In this document: positions 29,048 to 43,835 of the stretch, piece after piece | How the letters are laid out: the number at the start of each line of letters is the position of its first letter | Numbering within the stretch: position 1 is the stretch's first letter | Assembly: GCF_009914755.1 (NCBI RefSeq) | Contig: NC_060942.1 | From: the human T2T-CHM13v2.0 reference genome, Homo sapiens | Strand: one strand, 5' to 3' | DNA: 64,000 nt | Made by a program: the position numbers and the translations under genes | Notes under the pieces: generated by a model | The model's input: only the letters and a program-made list of their open reading frames with translations | The model's database searches: none | What the model was told of the DNA's origin: nothing

Positions 29048-31836
29048 TTAGTCATTCAGGAGCAGGTTGTTCAGTTTCCATGTAATTTTGCAGTTTTGAG
29101 TTAGTTTCTTTATCCTGAGTTCTAATTTGATTGCATTGTGGTCTGAGAGACTGTGTGTTATGATTTCCATTCTTTTGCATTTGTTGAGGAGTGTTTCAAT
29201 TGGAAGGACCACTTACAATTATGTGGTCAATTTTAGAATAAGTGCAATGAGGTGCTGAGAAGAATGTATATTCTGTTGATTTGGGGTGGAGAGTTCTGTA
29301 GATGTCTGTTAGGGCCACTTGGTCCAGAGCTGAGTTCAAGTCCTGAAAATCCTTGTTAATTACCTGTCTCGTTGATCTAATATTGAAAGTGGGGAGTTAA
29401 AGTCTCCCGCTATTATTGTGAGAGATTCCATGTCTCTTTGTAGGTCTCTAAGAACTTGTTTTATAAATCTGGGTTCTCCTGTATTGGGTTCATATATATT
29501 TAGGATTGTTAGTTCTTCTTGTTGAATTGATCCATTTACCATTATGTAATGCCCTTCTTTGTCTCTTTTTATCTTCATTGATTTAAAGCCTGTTTTATCA
29601 GAGACTAGCACTGCAACCCCTGCTTTTTTTTTTTTCTTTCCATTTGCTTGGTAAATATTCCCCCATCCCTTTATTTTGAACCTATGTGTGTCTTTGCATG
29701 TGAGACAGGTCTTCTGAATACAGCAAACCAATGGGTCTTGACTCTTTATCCAATTTGCCAGTCTGTGTCTTTTAATTGGGGCATTTAGCCTGTTTCCATT
29801 TAAGGTTAATATTGTTATGTGTGAATTTGATCCTGTAATTGTGATGCTAGCTGGTTGTTTTGCCCATTAGTTGATATAGTTTCTTCATAGCATTGATGAT
29901 CTTTACAATTTGGTATGTTTTTGCAGTGGCTGGTTCTGGCTTTTCTTTTCCATTTTTAGTGCTTCCTTCAGGAGCTCTTGTAAGCCAGGCCTGGTGGTGA
30001 CAAAATCTCTCAACATTTGTTGTCTGTAAAGGATTTTATTTCTCCTTCACTTATGAAGCTTAGTTTCACTGGATATAAAATTCTGGGTTGAAAATTCTCT
30101 TCCTTAAGAATGTTGAATATTGGCCCCCACTCTCTTCTGCCTTGTAAGGTTTCTGCTGAGAGATCTGCTGTTAGTCTGATGGGCTTCCCTTTGTGGGTAA
30201 CCTGACCTTTCTCTGGCTGCCCTAGAAATTTTTTCATTCATTTCAACCTCAGTGAATCTGACAATTATGTGACTTGGGGTTGCTCTTCTCCAGGAGTACC
30301 TTTGTGGTGTTCTGTGTATTTCCTGAATTTGAATGTTGGCCTGTCTTGCTAGGTTGGGGAAGTTTTCCTGGATAATGTCCTGAAGTGTGTTTTCCAACTT
30401 GGTTCCATTTTCCTTGTCACTTTCAGGTACACCAATCAGGCGTAGATTGGGTCTTTTCACATAGTCCCATATTTTGTAGGCTTTGTTTCTTTTCACTCTT
30501 TTTTTTCTAATATTTTCTTCTCACTTTATTTCATTGAAATGATCTTCAATCTCTGATATACTTTCTTCCACTTGATCGATTCGGCTATTGATACTTGTGT
30601 ATGCTTTGTGAAGTTCTTGTGCTGCGTTTTCCAGCTCCATCAGGTCATTTATGTTCCTCTCTAAACTGGTTATTGTAGTTAGCAATTCATCTAATCTTTT
30701 TTAAAGTTCTTAGCTTCCTTGCATTGGGTTAGAACATGCTCCTTTAGCTCGGAGGAGTTTGTTATTACCCACCTTCTGAAGCCTACTTCTGTCGATTCGT
30801 CAAATTCTTTCTCCGTCCAGTTTCATTCCCTTGCTGGTGAGGAGTTGTGATCCTTTAGAGGAGAAGAGGTGTTCTGGTTTTTCGAATTTTAAGCTTTTTT
30901 GCACTAGTTTCTCCCCATCTTCATGGATTTAGCTACCTTTGGTTTTTGTAGTCGGTGACCTTCTGATTGGGTCTCTGAGTGGAAGTCCTTTTGGTTGATG
31001 TTGACACTATTCCTTTCTGTTTGTTAGTTTTCCTGCTAACAGTCAGGATCCTCTGCTGCAGGTCTGCTGGAGTTTGCTGGAGGTTCACCCCAGACCCTGT
31101 TTTCCTGGGTATCACTGGCAGATGCTACAGTACAGCAAAGATTGCTGCCTGTTCCTTCCTCTGTTAGCTTTTTCCCAGAGGGGCACCTGCCAGATGCCAG
31201 CCAGGGCTCTCCTGTATGAGGTGTCTGTTGGACCCTACTGGGAAGTGTTTCCCAGTCAGGATAATTGTGGATCGGGGACCCACTTGAGGAGGCAGTCTGT
31301 CCCTTATCAGAGTTCAAACACTGTGCTAGAGATGTGCTTCTCCCTTCAGAGCTGCCAGGCAAGGACGGATAAGTCTGCTGAGGCTGCACCCACAGCCGCC
31401 CCTTCCCCCAGGTGTTCTGTCCCAGGGAGGTGGGGGTTTTATCTATAAGTCTCTGAGTGGGGTTGCTGCCTTTTTTTCAGAGATGCCCTGCCCAGAGGAA
31501 AGGGAATCTAGAGAGGCAGCCTGGTTTTGCTGAGCTGTGGTGGGCTCCACCCAGTTCGAACTTCCCAGTGGCTTTGTTTACACTGTAAGGGGAAAACAGC
31601 CTACTCAAGCCTCAGCAATGGTGGACGCCCCTCCCCCCACCAAGCTCCAACATCCCAGGTCAAGCTGGGACTGCTGTGCTGGCTGCAAGAATTTCAAGCC
31701 AGTGGATCTTAGCTTGCTGGGTTATGTTGGGGTGGGACCCGCTGAGCCAGACCACTTGGCTCCCTGGCTTTAGCCCCCTTTCCAGGGGAGTGAACAGTTC
31801 CATCTTGCTCACATTCCAGGCACCACTGGGGTATGA

Positions 31837-31876
31837 AAAACAAAACAAACAAACAAAACAAAACAAAACAAAACAA
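31837..31876. repeat. (AAAAC)n microsatellite in an L1 5'UTR
   Basis: Read directly; the paralogous site at ~42182 is a plain A run. Confidence 0.85.
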
Positions 31877-33580
31877 CTCCTGTGGCTAGCTCGGTGTCTG
31901 CTCAAATGGACGTCCAGTTTTGTCCTGGAAACCAAGGGCTCTGGTGGCATATGCACCAGAGGGAATCTCCTGGTCTGCAGGTTGGAAAGACTGTGGTAGA
32001 TGCACAGTATCTGGGCCAGAGTGCATGATACAGTCCCTAATGGCTTCCCTTGTCTAGGAGAGGGAGTTCCCCGACCCCTTGTACTTCCCAGGTGAGGAGA
32101 CACCCCACCCTGCTTTGGCTCTCCCTCCTTGGGCTGCACCCACTGTCCAACCAGTCCCAGTGAGATGAACCAGGTACCTCAGTTGGAAATGCAGAAATCA
32201 CTTGCTTTCTGCATCAATCTCACTGGGAGCTGCAGACTGGAGCTCTTCCTATTGAGCCATCTTACCAGCAATCCTTAATTTCTTAACTAACCCACTGGTC
32301 ATTCAGAAGCAAATTGTTTAATTCTTACATGTTTATATAGTTTCCAAATTCCTCTTGTTATTGATTTCTAGTTTCATTGCATTTTAGTCAGAAAAGACAC
32401 TTGATATAATTTCAATTTTTGATTTTTTAAAAAAACTGGTTTTGTAGCCTAACATATGTTCTATCCTTGAGAATATCCCATTTGCTGAGGAAAGGGATGT
32501 GTATTCTGCAGCTGTTGGATAAAATATCCTATAAATATCTGTTGTATCTATTTGGTCTATAGTGCATACTAAATTCAATGTTTCTTATTTAATTTATTCT
32601 CTGGATGATCTGTTCAATGCTGAAAGTGGAGTGTTGAAGTCTCCAGTTATTACTGTATTGGTGTCTATCTCTCCCTCCAACTCTAATAGTATTTGCTTTC
32701 TCTATCTGGGTGCTCCATCATTGGGTATGTATATATTAATAACTGTTATATTCTCTTGCAGTATTGACCCCTTTGTTATTATTATTATTATTATGTAATG
32801 GCCTTCTTTGTCTCTTTTTCTGGTTTTTGTCTTGAAAGCTATTTTATGTGCTATAAGTATAGCTATTCTTGATCTTTTTTGGTTTTCATTTGCATGAAAT
32901 ACCTTTTCTATTTCTTTATTTTCAGTCAACGTGTGTCTTTATAGGTAAACTGTTTCTTGTAAAAATCAGATAGTTGAGTGTTTTTTTCGTTTTATATTTA
33001 ATTCATTAAATGTTTGTTTTTGCCTTTTGACTTTTTATAGTTTCAACTTTCAGTTTAAATTCAGGTGAAACGTGCATGTTTGTTACAAAGGTATATTGCA
33101 TAATGCTGAGGTTTGTTATACTAATGATTTTGTCACCTAGGTGACATAATAGTTAGCTTTTCAACCCTTGCCCCCTTCCCAGCTCCTTCCTCTAGCAGTC
33201 ACCATTGTCTATTGTTGCCATCTTTATGTCTATGAGTAACTAATATTTAGCTCCCACTTGTAAGTGAGAACATGTGGTATTTGGTTGCCTGTTGCTATGT
33301 TAGTTTACCTAGGATAAAGGTCTCCAGCTGCAACCAAGTTGCTGCAAATGGCATGATTTTTTTTTCCCATGGCTATGTCATAGCCCGTGGTGAATATGTA
33401 CCAAATTTTCATTATCTAATCCACTGTTAATAGGCACCAAGGTTGATTCCATGTCTGTCATTGTGTAGAGTGTTGTGAAGAACATAGAAATGCATGTTTG
33501 TTTCTTTTTGGTAAAATAATTTTTTTCTTTTGAATATATACCCAGTAATGAGACTGCTGGGTCAAACGGGCATTCTGTTT

Positions 33581-36500
33581 ATTATTATTAGACAGTTCTG
33601 AGATACATATACAAAACATGCAGGTTTGTTATGTAGGTATACATGTGCCATAGTGGTTTGCTGCACCACTTAACCCGTCATCTACATTAGGTATTTCTCC
33701 TAATGCTATCCCTCCCCTAGCCTCCCCCCACCCCCTGACAAGCCACAGTGTGTGATGTCCCCCTCCCTGTGTTCATGTATTCTTATTGTTCAGCTCCCAT
33801 TTATGAGTGAGAACATGTGGTGCTTGGTTTTTCTGTTCCTGTGTTAGTATGCTGAGAATGATGGCTTCCAGCTTCATTTGTGTCCCTGCAAAGGACATGA
33901 ACTCTTCCTTTCTTATGACTACATAGTATTCCATGGTATATATGTGCCACATTTTCTTTATCCAGTCTATCATTGATGGGCATTTGGGTTGGTTCCAAGT
34001 CTTTGCTATTATGAACAGTGCTGCAATGTACATATATGTGTGTGTGTGTGTGTGCGCGCATGTGTTTTTATAGAATGATTTATAATTCTTTAGGTATATA
34101 CCCAATAATGGGATTGCTGGGTCAAATCGTATTTCTGGTTCTAGATCCTTGAGGAATCGCCACACTGTCTTCCACAATAGTTGAACTAATTTACACTCCC
34201 ACCAACAGTGTAAAAGCATTCCTATTTCTCCACATCCTCTCCAGCATATATTGCTTCCTTTTTAATGATCGCCATTCTGAGTGGCGTGAGACGGTATCTC
34301 ATTGTGGTTTTGATTTGCATTTCTCTAATGACCAGTGGTAAGGAGCTTTTTTTTTTAAGTTTTTTGGCCACATAAATGTCTTCTTTTGAGAAGTGTCTGT
34401 TCATATCCTTTGCCCAATTTTTGATGGTTTTTTTTCTTGTAAATTTGTTTAAGTTCTTTGTAGATTCTGGATGTTAGCCCTTTGTCAGATGGATAGACTG
34501 CAAAATGTTTCTCCCATTCTCTAGGTTGCCTGTTCACCCTGATGGTAGTTTCTTCTGCTGGGCAGAAGCTCTTTAGTTTAATTAGGTCTCATTTGTCCAT
34601 TTTGGCTTTTGTTGTCATTGCGTTTGGTGTTTTAGTCATGAAGTCTTTGCCCATGCCTATGTCCTGAATGGTACTGCCTAGGTTTTCTTCTATGGTTTTT
34701 ATGGTTTTAGGTCTTACATTTAAGTCTTTAATCTATCTTGAGTTAATGTTTGTATAAGGTGTAAGAAAGGGGTCCAGTTTCAATTTTCTGCCAATGGCTA
34801 GCCCGTTTTCCCAACATTTTTTAAAGAGGGAATCCTTTCCCCACTTCTTCTTTTTGTCAAGTTTCTCGAAGATCAGAAGGTTTTAGATGTGTGGTATTAT
34901 TTCTGAGGCCTCTGTTGTGTTCCATTTTTTTTTGTATATATATATATATATATGTATGTATATATATATGTATGTATATATATAAAATATATATATATAA
35001 TATAAATAAATATATATAAAAAATATAATATTTAATAAATTATTTATTATATAATAGATAATATATAATTTAATAATAAATATATATAATTTAATAATAA
35101 ATATATTATATTATTTAATAATATATATTATATAATAAATATAATATATTATTTAATGTTATATATTATATAATAATATATATTATATATTATTATATAA
35201 TATTATATAATAAATATATATTATATATTATTTATATAATATTATATAATAAATATATATTATATATTATTTATATATGATATAATAAATATATATTATA
35301 TATTATTTATATATGATATAATAAATATATATTATATATTTATATATGATATAATAAATATATATTATATATTTATATATGATATAATAAATATATATTA
35401 TATATTATTTATATATTATATAATAAATATATATTATATATTATTTATATATTATATAATAAATATATATTATATATTATTTATATATTATATAATAAAT
35501 ATATATTATATAATAAATATATATTATATATTATTTATATATTATATAATAAATATATATTATATACTATTTATATATTATATAATAATATATATTATAT
35601 ATTATTATATAATATTATATAATAAATATAGATTATATATTATTTATATAATATTATATAATAAATATAGATTATATATTATATAATAAATATATATTAT
35701 ATATTATTTATATAATATTATATAATAAATATATGTTATATATTAATTATATAATTAATATTATATAATAAATAATATAATTTTAATAATATATATAATT
35801 ATATATTATATAAATATATAATTATATATGAAAATATATAATTATATATTATATGTAATATATAATATATATTAAAATATATAATTATATATTATATATA
35901 ATAATATATATGAAAATATATATTATTATATATTACATATAATAATATATATGAAAATATATAATTATATATTATATATTATATATAATTATATATGAAA
36001 ATATATAATTATATATTATATATAATAATATATATGAAAATATATAATTATATATTATATATAATAATTTATATGAAAATATATAATTATATATTATATA
36101 TAATAATATATATGAAAATATATAATTATATATTATATATAATATGAAAATATATAATTATATATTATATATAATATATATGAAAATATATAATTATATA
36201 TTATATATAATAATATATATGAAAATATATAATTATATATTATATATAATAATATATATGAAAATATATAATTATATATTATATATAATAATATATATGA
36301 AAATATATAATTATATATTATATATAATAATATATATGAAAATATATAATTATATATTATATATAATAATATATATGAAAATATATAATTATATATTATA
36401 TATAATAATACATATGAAAATATATAATTATATATTATATATAATAATACATATGAAAATATATAATTATATATTATATATAATAATATATATGAAAATA

Positions 36501-39500
36501 TATAATTACATATTATATATAATATATAATCATATATATGAAAATATATGATAATATATAAATATATTATTGATATATTATTATATAATAAATAATATAT
36601 TATATAATAAATTATATAATAAATGTAATATAAATATAAGTGAATATAAATATATATTTATATAAATATATATAATATATTTATATATAATATATAAATA
36701 AATATAAATATAATATTTATATTTATATAATATATAAATAAATATAAATATAATATTTATATTTATATAATATATAAATAAATATAAATATATTTATATA
36801 ATATATAAATAAATATAAATATAATATTTATATAATATATAAATAAATATAAATATATTTATATAATATATAAATAAATATAAATATATTTATATAATAT
36901 ATAAATAAATAAATATATTTATATAATATATAAATAAATATAAATATATTTATATAATATATAAATAAATATAAATATATTTATATAATATATAAATAAA
37001 TATAAATATATTTATATAATATATAAATAAATATAAATATATTTATATAATATATAAATAAATATAAATATATTTATATAATATATAAATAAATATAAAT
37101 ATATTTATATAATATATAAATAAATATAAATATATTTATATAATATATAAATAAATATAAATATATTTATATTTATATAATATATAAATAAATATAAATA
37201 TATTTATATTTATATAATATATAAATATAAATATATTTATATTTATATAATATATAAATATTTATAGTTATATATAAATATTTATAGTTATATATTTATA
37301 TACTTATATATAAATATATATTATTTATAAAAAAATATATAAATATATATAAAATACATATATAGGTATGTATATGTGTGTGTGTGATTATATATATATA
37401 TACAGATTATATATATATATACAGATTATATATATATATACAGATTATATATATATATACAGATTATATATATATATACAGATTATATATATATATATAC
37501 AGATTATATATATATATATACAGATTATATATATATATATATAATCTGTTTTGGTACCAGGACCATGCTCTTTTGCTTAGTGTAGCCTTGTAGTGTAGTT
37601 TAAGTCAGGTAGTGATGCCATCAGCTTTGTTCTTTTTGCTTAGGATTGGTAGTTTTTTCCAATTCTGTGAAGAAAGTCTATGGTCGCTTGATGGGGATAA
37701 CATTGAATCTATAAATTACTTTGGGCAGTATTGCCATTTTCATGATATTGATTCTTCCTATCCATGAGCACAGAATGTTTTTCCATTTGTTTGTGTCCTC
37801 TCTTATTTCCTTGAGCAGTGGTTTGTAGTTCTTCTTGAAGAGGTCCTTCACATCCCTTGTAAGTTGTATTTCTAGGTATTTTATTCTCTTTGTAGCAATT
37901 GTGAATGGGAGTTCACTCATGATTCGGCTCTCTATTATTGGTGTACAGGAATGCTTGTGATTTTTGCACACTGATTTTGTACCCCGAGACATTGCTGAAG
38001 TTGCTGATCAGCTTAAGGAGATTTTGGGCTGAGATGATGAGGTTTTCTAAATATACAATCATGTCATCTGCAACAGAGTCAATTTGACTTCTTTTCATAT
38101 TTGAATACCTTTTGCTTCTTTCTCTTGCATGATTGCCCTGGCAAGAACTTCCAATACTACACTGAATAGCAGTGGTGACAGAGGGCATCCTTGTCTTGTG
38201 CTGGTTTTCAAAGGGAATACTTCCAGCTTTTGCCCATTCAGTATGATATTGGATGTGGGTGTGTCATAAATAGCTCTTATTGAGATATTATTTTGAGATA
38301 TTGTCGTGTTCCTATGTTAGAACACAACAGAGGCCTTCGAAATACCACCACACATCAATATGTAGTTTATTGACGGTTTTTAATAAGAAGCGCTGTTGAA
38401 TTTTATCAAAGATCTTTTCTGCATCTATTAAGATAATCATGGTTTTTGTCATTGGTTCTGTTTATGTGATGAATTGTGTTTACTGATTTGCATATGTTGA
38501 ACCAGCCCTTGCATCTCAGGGATGAAGCCAACTTGATCATCGTGGATAAGCTTTTTGATGTGCTGCTGGTTTCGGTTTACCAGGATTTTATAGAGAATTT
38601 TTGTATCGATGTTCATTAGGGATAGTGGCTTGAGATTTCCTTTTCTTGTTGTGTCTCTACCAGGTTTTGGTACCAGGATGATGCTGGCCTCATAACATGA
38701 GTTAGGGAGGATTCCCTCTTTCTCTATTGTTTGTAATAGTTTCAGAAGGAATGGTACCAGCTCCTCTTTGTACCTCTGGTAGAATTCGGCTGTGAACCCA
38801 TCTGGTCGTGGGCTTTTTTTGGTTGATAGGCTATTAATTACTGCCTCAATTTCAGAACTTGTAATTGGTCTATTCAGGTATTTGACTTCTTCCCGGTTTA
38901 GTATTTGGAGGGTGTATGTGTCCAGGAATTTATCTATTTCTTCTAGATTTTCTAGTTTGTGTGCAGGTGTTTGCAGTATTCTTTGATGGTAGTTTATATT
39001 TCTGTGAGATCAGTGGTGATACCCCCTTTATCATTTTTTATTGTGTTTATTTTATTCTTCTCTCATTACTTCTTTATTAGTCTGGTTAGTGGTCTATTTT
39101 GTTGATCTTTTCAAAAAACCTGCTCCTGGATTCATTGATTTTTTTGAAGGGTTTTTCATGTCTCTATCTCCTTCAGTCCTACTCTGATCTTAGTTATTTC
39201 TTGTCTTCTGCTAGCTCTGGAACTTGTTTGCTCTTACTTCTCTAGTTCTTTTAATTGTGATTTTAGGGTGTCGATTTTAGATCTTTCCTGCTTCCTCCTG
39301 TGGGGATTGAGTGCTATAAATTTCACTCTAAACACTGCTTTTTCTGTGTCACAGAGATTCTGGTAAGTTGTGTCTTTGTCCTCATTGCTTTCAAAGAACT
39401 TATTTATTTCTGCCTTAATTTTGTTATTTACTCAGTTGTCATTCAGGAGAAAGTTGTTCAGTTTTCACGTAGTTTTATGATTTTGAGTGAGTTTCTTAAT

Positions 39501-42500
39501 CCTGAGTTCTAATTTTATTGCACTGAAGTCTGAGAGACAGTTTGTTATGATTTCTTTCTTTCTTTTTTTTTTTTTTTTGGCATTTGCTGAGGAGTGTTTT
39601 ACTTCCAATTATGTGGTCAATTTTAAAATAAGTTTGTTGTAGTGCTGAGAAGAATGTATATTCTGTTGATTTGGGGTGCAGAGTTCTGTAGTTGTCTATT
39701 AGGTCCACTTGGTCCGGAGCTGAGTTCAAGTTCTGAATATCCTTGTTAATTGTTTGTCTCATTAATCTGTCTAATATTTACATTAGGGTGTTAAATTTCC
39801 CACTATTATTGTATGGGAGTCTAAGTTTAAGTGGAAATCTGGGTGCTCCTGTATTGGGTGCATATATATTTAGAACAGTTAGCTCTTCTTGTTGCATTGA
39901 TCCCTTTACCATTATGCAATGCCCATTTTGTCTTTTTTAATCTTTGTTGGTTTGAAGTCTGTTTTATTAGAGACTTGGATTTCAAACCTGGCTTTTTTTA
40001 TTTTTTGCTTTCCAATTGATTAGTAAATTTTCTTCCATCCCTTTATTTTGAACCTATGTTTGTCTTTGCATGTGAGATGGGTCTCCTGAATATAGCACAC
40101 CAATGGGTCTTGACTTATCCAATTTGTGTCTGTGTATGTTAATTGGGGCATTTAGCTCATTTACATTTAAGGTTAATATTGCTATGTGTGAATTTGATCC
40201 TGTCATTATGATGCTAGCTGGTTACTTTGCCCATTAGTTGATGCAGTTTCTTCATAGTGTCGATGGTCTTTACAATTTGTTATGTTTTTCAGGTGGCTGG
40301 TTCCGGTTTTTCTTTTCCATATTTAGTGCTTCCCTCAGGGGCTCTTGTAAGGCAGGCCTGGTGGTGACAAAATCTCTCGGCAATTGCTTGTCTTGAAATG
40401 ATTTTATTTCTCCTTCACTTATGAATCTTAGTTTGGCTGGATATGAAATTCTGGGTTAAAAATTCTTTTCTGTAAGAATGTTGAATATAGGCCCTTACTC
40501 TCTTCTGGCATGTAGGGGTTCTGCACAGAGATTGGCTGTTAGTCTTGTGGGCTTCCTTTTGTAGGTAACAGGACCTTTCTCTCTGGCTGCCCTTAATATT
40601 TTTTCCTTCATTTCAACCTTGGAGAATCTGACCATTATGTGTCTTGGGTTGTTCTTCTCAAAGAGTATCTTAGTGGTAGTTTCTGTATTTCCTGAATTTA
40701 TATATTGGTCTGTCTTGCTAGGTTGGGGAAGTTCTCCTGGATAATATCCTGAAGTGTGTTTTCCAATTTGGTTCCATTCTCCTCGTCACTTTCAGGTACA
40801 CCAATCAAATGTAGGTTTGGTCTTTTCACATAGTCCTATATTTCTTGGAGGCTTTGTTTGTTCCCTTTTCATTCTTTTTTTCTCTAGTCTTGTCTTCACA
40901 CTTTATTTCATTAAGTTGATCTTCAATATCTGATATCCTTTCTTCCGCTTAATTGATTCGGCTGTTGATACTTGTGTATGCTTCACCAAGTTCTTGTGCT
41001 GTGTTTCTCAGCTTCATCAGGTCATTTATGTTCTTCTCTAAACAGGTTATTCTAGTTAGCAGCTCCTGTAACCTTTTTTCAAGGTTCTTAGCTTCCTTGC
41101 ATTGGGTTAGAACATGCTCCTTTAGCTCAGAGAAATTTGTCATTACCCACCTTCTGAAAGCTGCTTCTGTCAAACTCATTCTTTGTCCAGTTTTGTTCCC
41201 TTGCTGGCAAGGAGTTGTGTTCCTTTGGAGAAGAAGCATTCTAGTTTTTGGGATTTTCAGCCTTTTTGCACTGGTTTTCCTCATCTTCTTGGATTTATCT
41301 ACCATTGGTCTTTGATGTTGGTGAGCTTCAGATGGAGTTTCTGTGTAGATGTCCTTTTGGTTGACATTGATGCTATTCCTTTCTGTTAGTTAGTTTTCCT
41401 TCTAACAGGTCCCTCTGCTGCAATTCTGCTGGAGTTTGCTGGAGGTCCCCCTCCAGACCCGCCTGTATCACCAGATTGCTGCCTGTTTCTTCCTCTGGAA
41501 GCTTTGTCCCAAAGCGGCACCTGCCAGATGCCAGCCAGACCTCTCCTGTATGAGGTGGCAGTTTACCCCTGCTGGGAGGTGTCTCCCAGTTAGGAGGCAC
41601 AGGTGTCAGGGACTCACTTGAAGAGGCAGTCTGTCCCTTAGCAGAGCTTGAGCATGGTGCGGGGAGATCCGCTGCTCTCTTCGGAGCCAGCAGGCAGGAA
41701 CATTTAAGTCTCCTGAAGCTGGGCCCATAGCTGCCCCTTCCCCCAAGTACTCTGTCTCAGGGAGAGGGGAGTTTTATCTATAAGTCTGTGACTGGGGCTG
41801 CTACTTTCTTTCAGAGATGCCCTGCCCAGAGAGGAGGAATCTATAGAGGCAGTCTGGCTACAGTGGCTTTGCCCAGCTGTAGTGGGCTCCATCCAATTTG
41901 AACTTCCCAGCAGCTTTGTTTACACTGTGGGGGAATACCACCTACTCAGGCCTCAGTAATGGGGGCACACCCCTCCCCCAACCAGGATCAAGCGTTCCAG
42001 GTCAGTCGACTTCAGACTGCTGTGTTGGCAGTGAGATTTTCAAGCCAGTTGATCTTAGCTTGCTGGGCTCTGTGGGGGTGGGATCTGCTAAGCTAGACCA
42101 CTTGGCCTCCTAGCTTCAGCACCCTTTCCAGAGGAGTGAACGGTTCTGTCTTACTGGCATTCCAGGTGCCTCTGGGGTATGAAAAAAAAACTCCTGCAGC
42201 TAGCTCAGTGTCTGCCAAAACAGCTGCGCAGTTTTTGTTCTTGAAACCCAGGGCCCTGGTGGCATAGGCACCATAAGGGAATCTCCTGGCCTGTGGGTTG
42301 TGAAGACCGTGGGAAAAGCATAATATCTGGGCCAAAGTGCACTGTTCCCATGGCACAGTCCCTCAAGCTTCCCTTGGCTTAGGAAGGGAGTTCCCAACCC
42401 CTTCCACTTCCTGGGTGAGGCAACACCCCACCCTGCTTCAGCTCACCCTCTGTGGGCTACACATACTGTCTCACCAGTCCCAATGAGATGAGCTGGGTAC

Positions 42501-42600
42501 CTCCATTGGAAATGCAGAAGTCACCCACCTTCTGCATTGATCTTGCCAGGAGCTGCAGACCAGAGCTGTTGCTATTCAGCCATCTTTCTAGCCACCCGCA
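33581..42600 (-). mobile_element. Near-full-length L1PA7/8-type element containing a 2.6-kb AT expansion
   Basis: 3'UTR, broken ORF2 and ORF1, 5'UTR ending CAGCCATCTT at ~42580; degenerate TSD GGCATTCTGTTT (33569-33580) and GTCATTATGTTT (42601-42612). Confidence 0.92.
34935..37543. repeat. Compound AT-rich minisatellite: ~31-33-bp array (~35190-35750), 39-bp array (~35823-36545), 31-bp array (~36670-37240), 19-21-bp CAGAT(TA)n array (37403-37543)
   Basis: Read directly; 39-mer ATATATGAAAATATATAATTATATATTATATATAATAAT; 31-mer ATAAATAAATATAAATATATTTATATAATAT. Confidence 0.97.
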
Positions 42601-43534
42601 GTCATTATGTTTTATTTGAGATACCTCCAAATTGCTTTCCACAGTGACTGAACTAATTCCCACAAGCATTGTATAAGCATTACCTTTTCTCTATGACCTG
42701 CCAACATCTGTTATTTTTTGCCTAATTAATGATAGCTATTTCTGATTGGGGTGAGATGGTATGTTATTATGGTTTTCATGTGCATTTATTTAATGATTAG
42801 TGATTTTGAGCATTTTTTAATATGCTCATTTGCCATGTATATGTCTTCTATTGAAAAGTGTCTGTTCATGTGCATTGCCTACTTTTTAATGGAATTGTTT
42901 GCTTTTTGCTTGTAAATTTGTTTAGTTTGTTTAAGTTCCTTATAGGTTCTGGATATTAGACTTTTATCAGATGCACAGTATACAAATATTTTCTCCCATT
43001 CTGTAAGTTTTCTGTTTACACTACTGATAGTGTCTTTCACTGTGCAGAAGCTTTTTAGTTTAAATAGGTGTCGCTTGTCAATTTTTGTTTTGTGGCAATT
43101 GGTGTTTCCTAGGGTTTCTTCTAGATTTCTTTTAGTCTGATAGTTTACATTTAATTTTTTAATTCATTGTTAGTTTATATATGTGGTGAAACACAAGGAT
43201 CCAGTTTCATTCTTCTACATTTAGCTAGCCAACTATTCCAACACATTTGTTGAATAGGGAGTCCTGTTGCCATCTTTTATTTTTGTTTTCTTTGTCAAAG
43301 ATCAAATGGTTGTAGTTGTATGGCTTTATTTCTGGGTTATTTTGTTCTATTGGTTTATTTATCTGGTTTTGTATCAGTACCATGCTGTTTTGGTTGCTGT
43401 AGCTTTACAATATATTTTGACGTTGGGTAGTATGATGCCTTCAGCTTTGTTCTTTTTGCTTAGGATTATTTGGCTATTTGGGATCTTTTTTGTTCCAGCT
43501 TTTTCTAATTCTGTGCAAAATGACACTTGCTGTT

Positions 43535-43835
<301 letters not shown>

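Noticed and set aside
36144-36551. 135-aa repetitive ORF (MKIYNYILYIIIY)n
   Set aside because: It is the translation of the 39-bp minisatellite unit, a multiple of 3 that happens to lack a stop in one frame.
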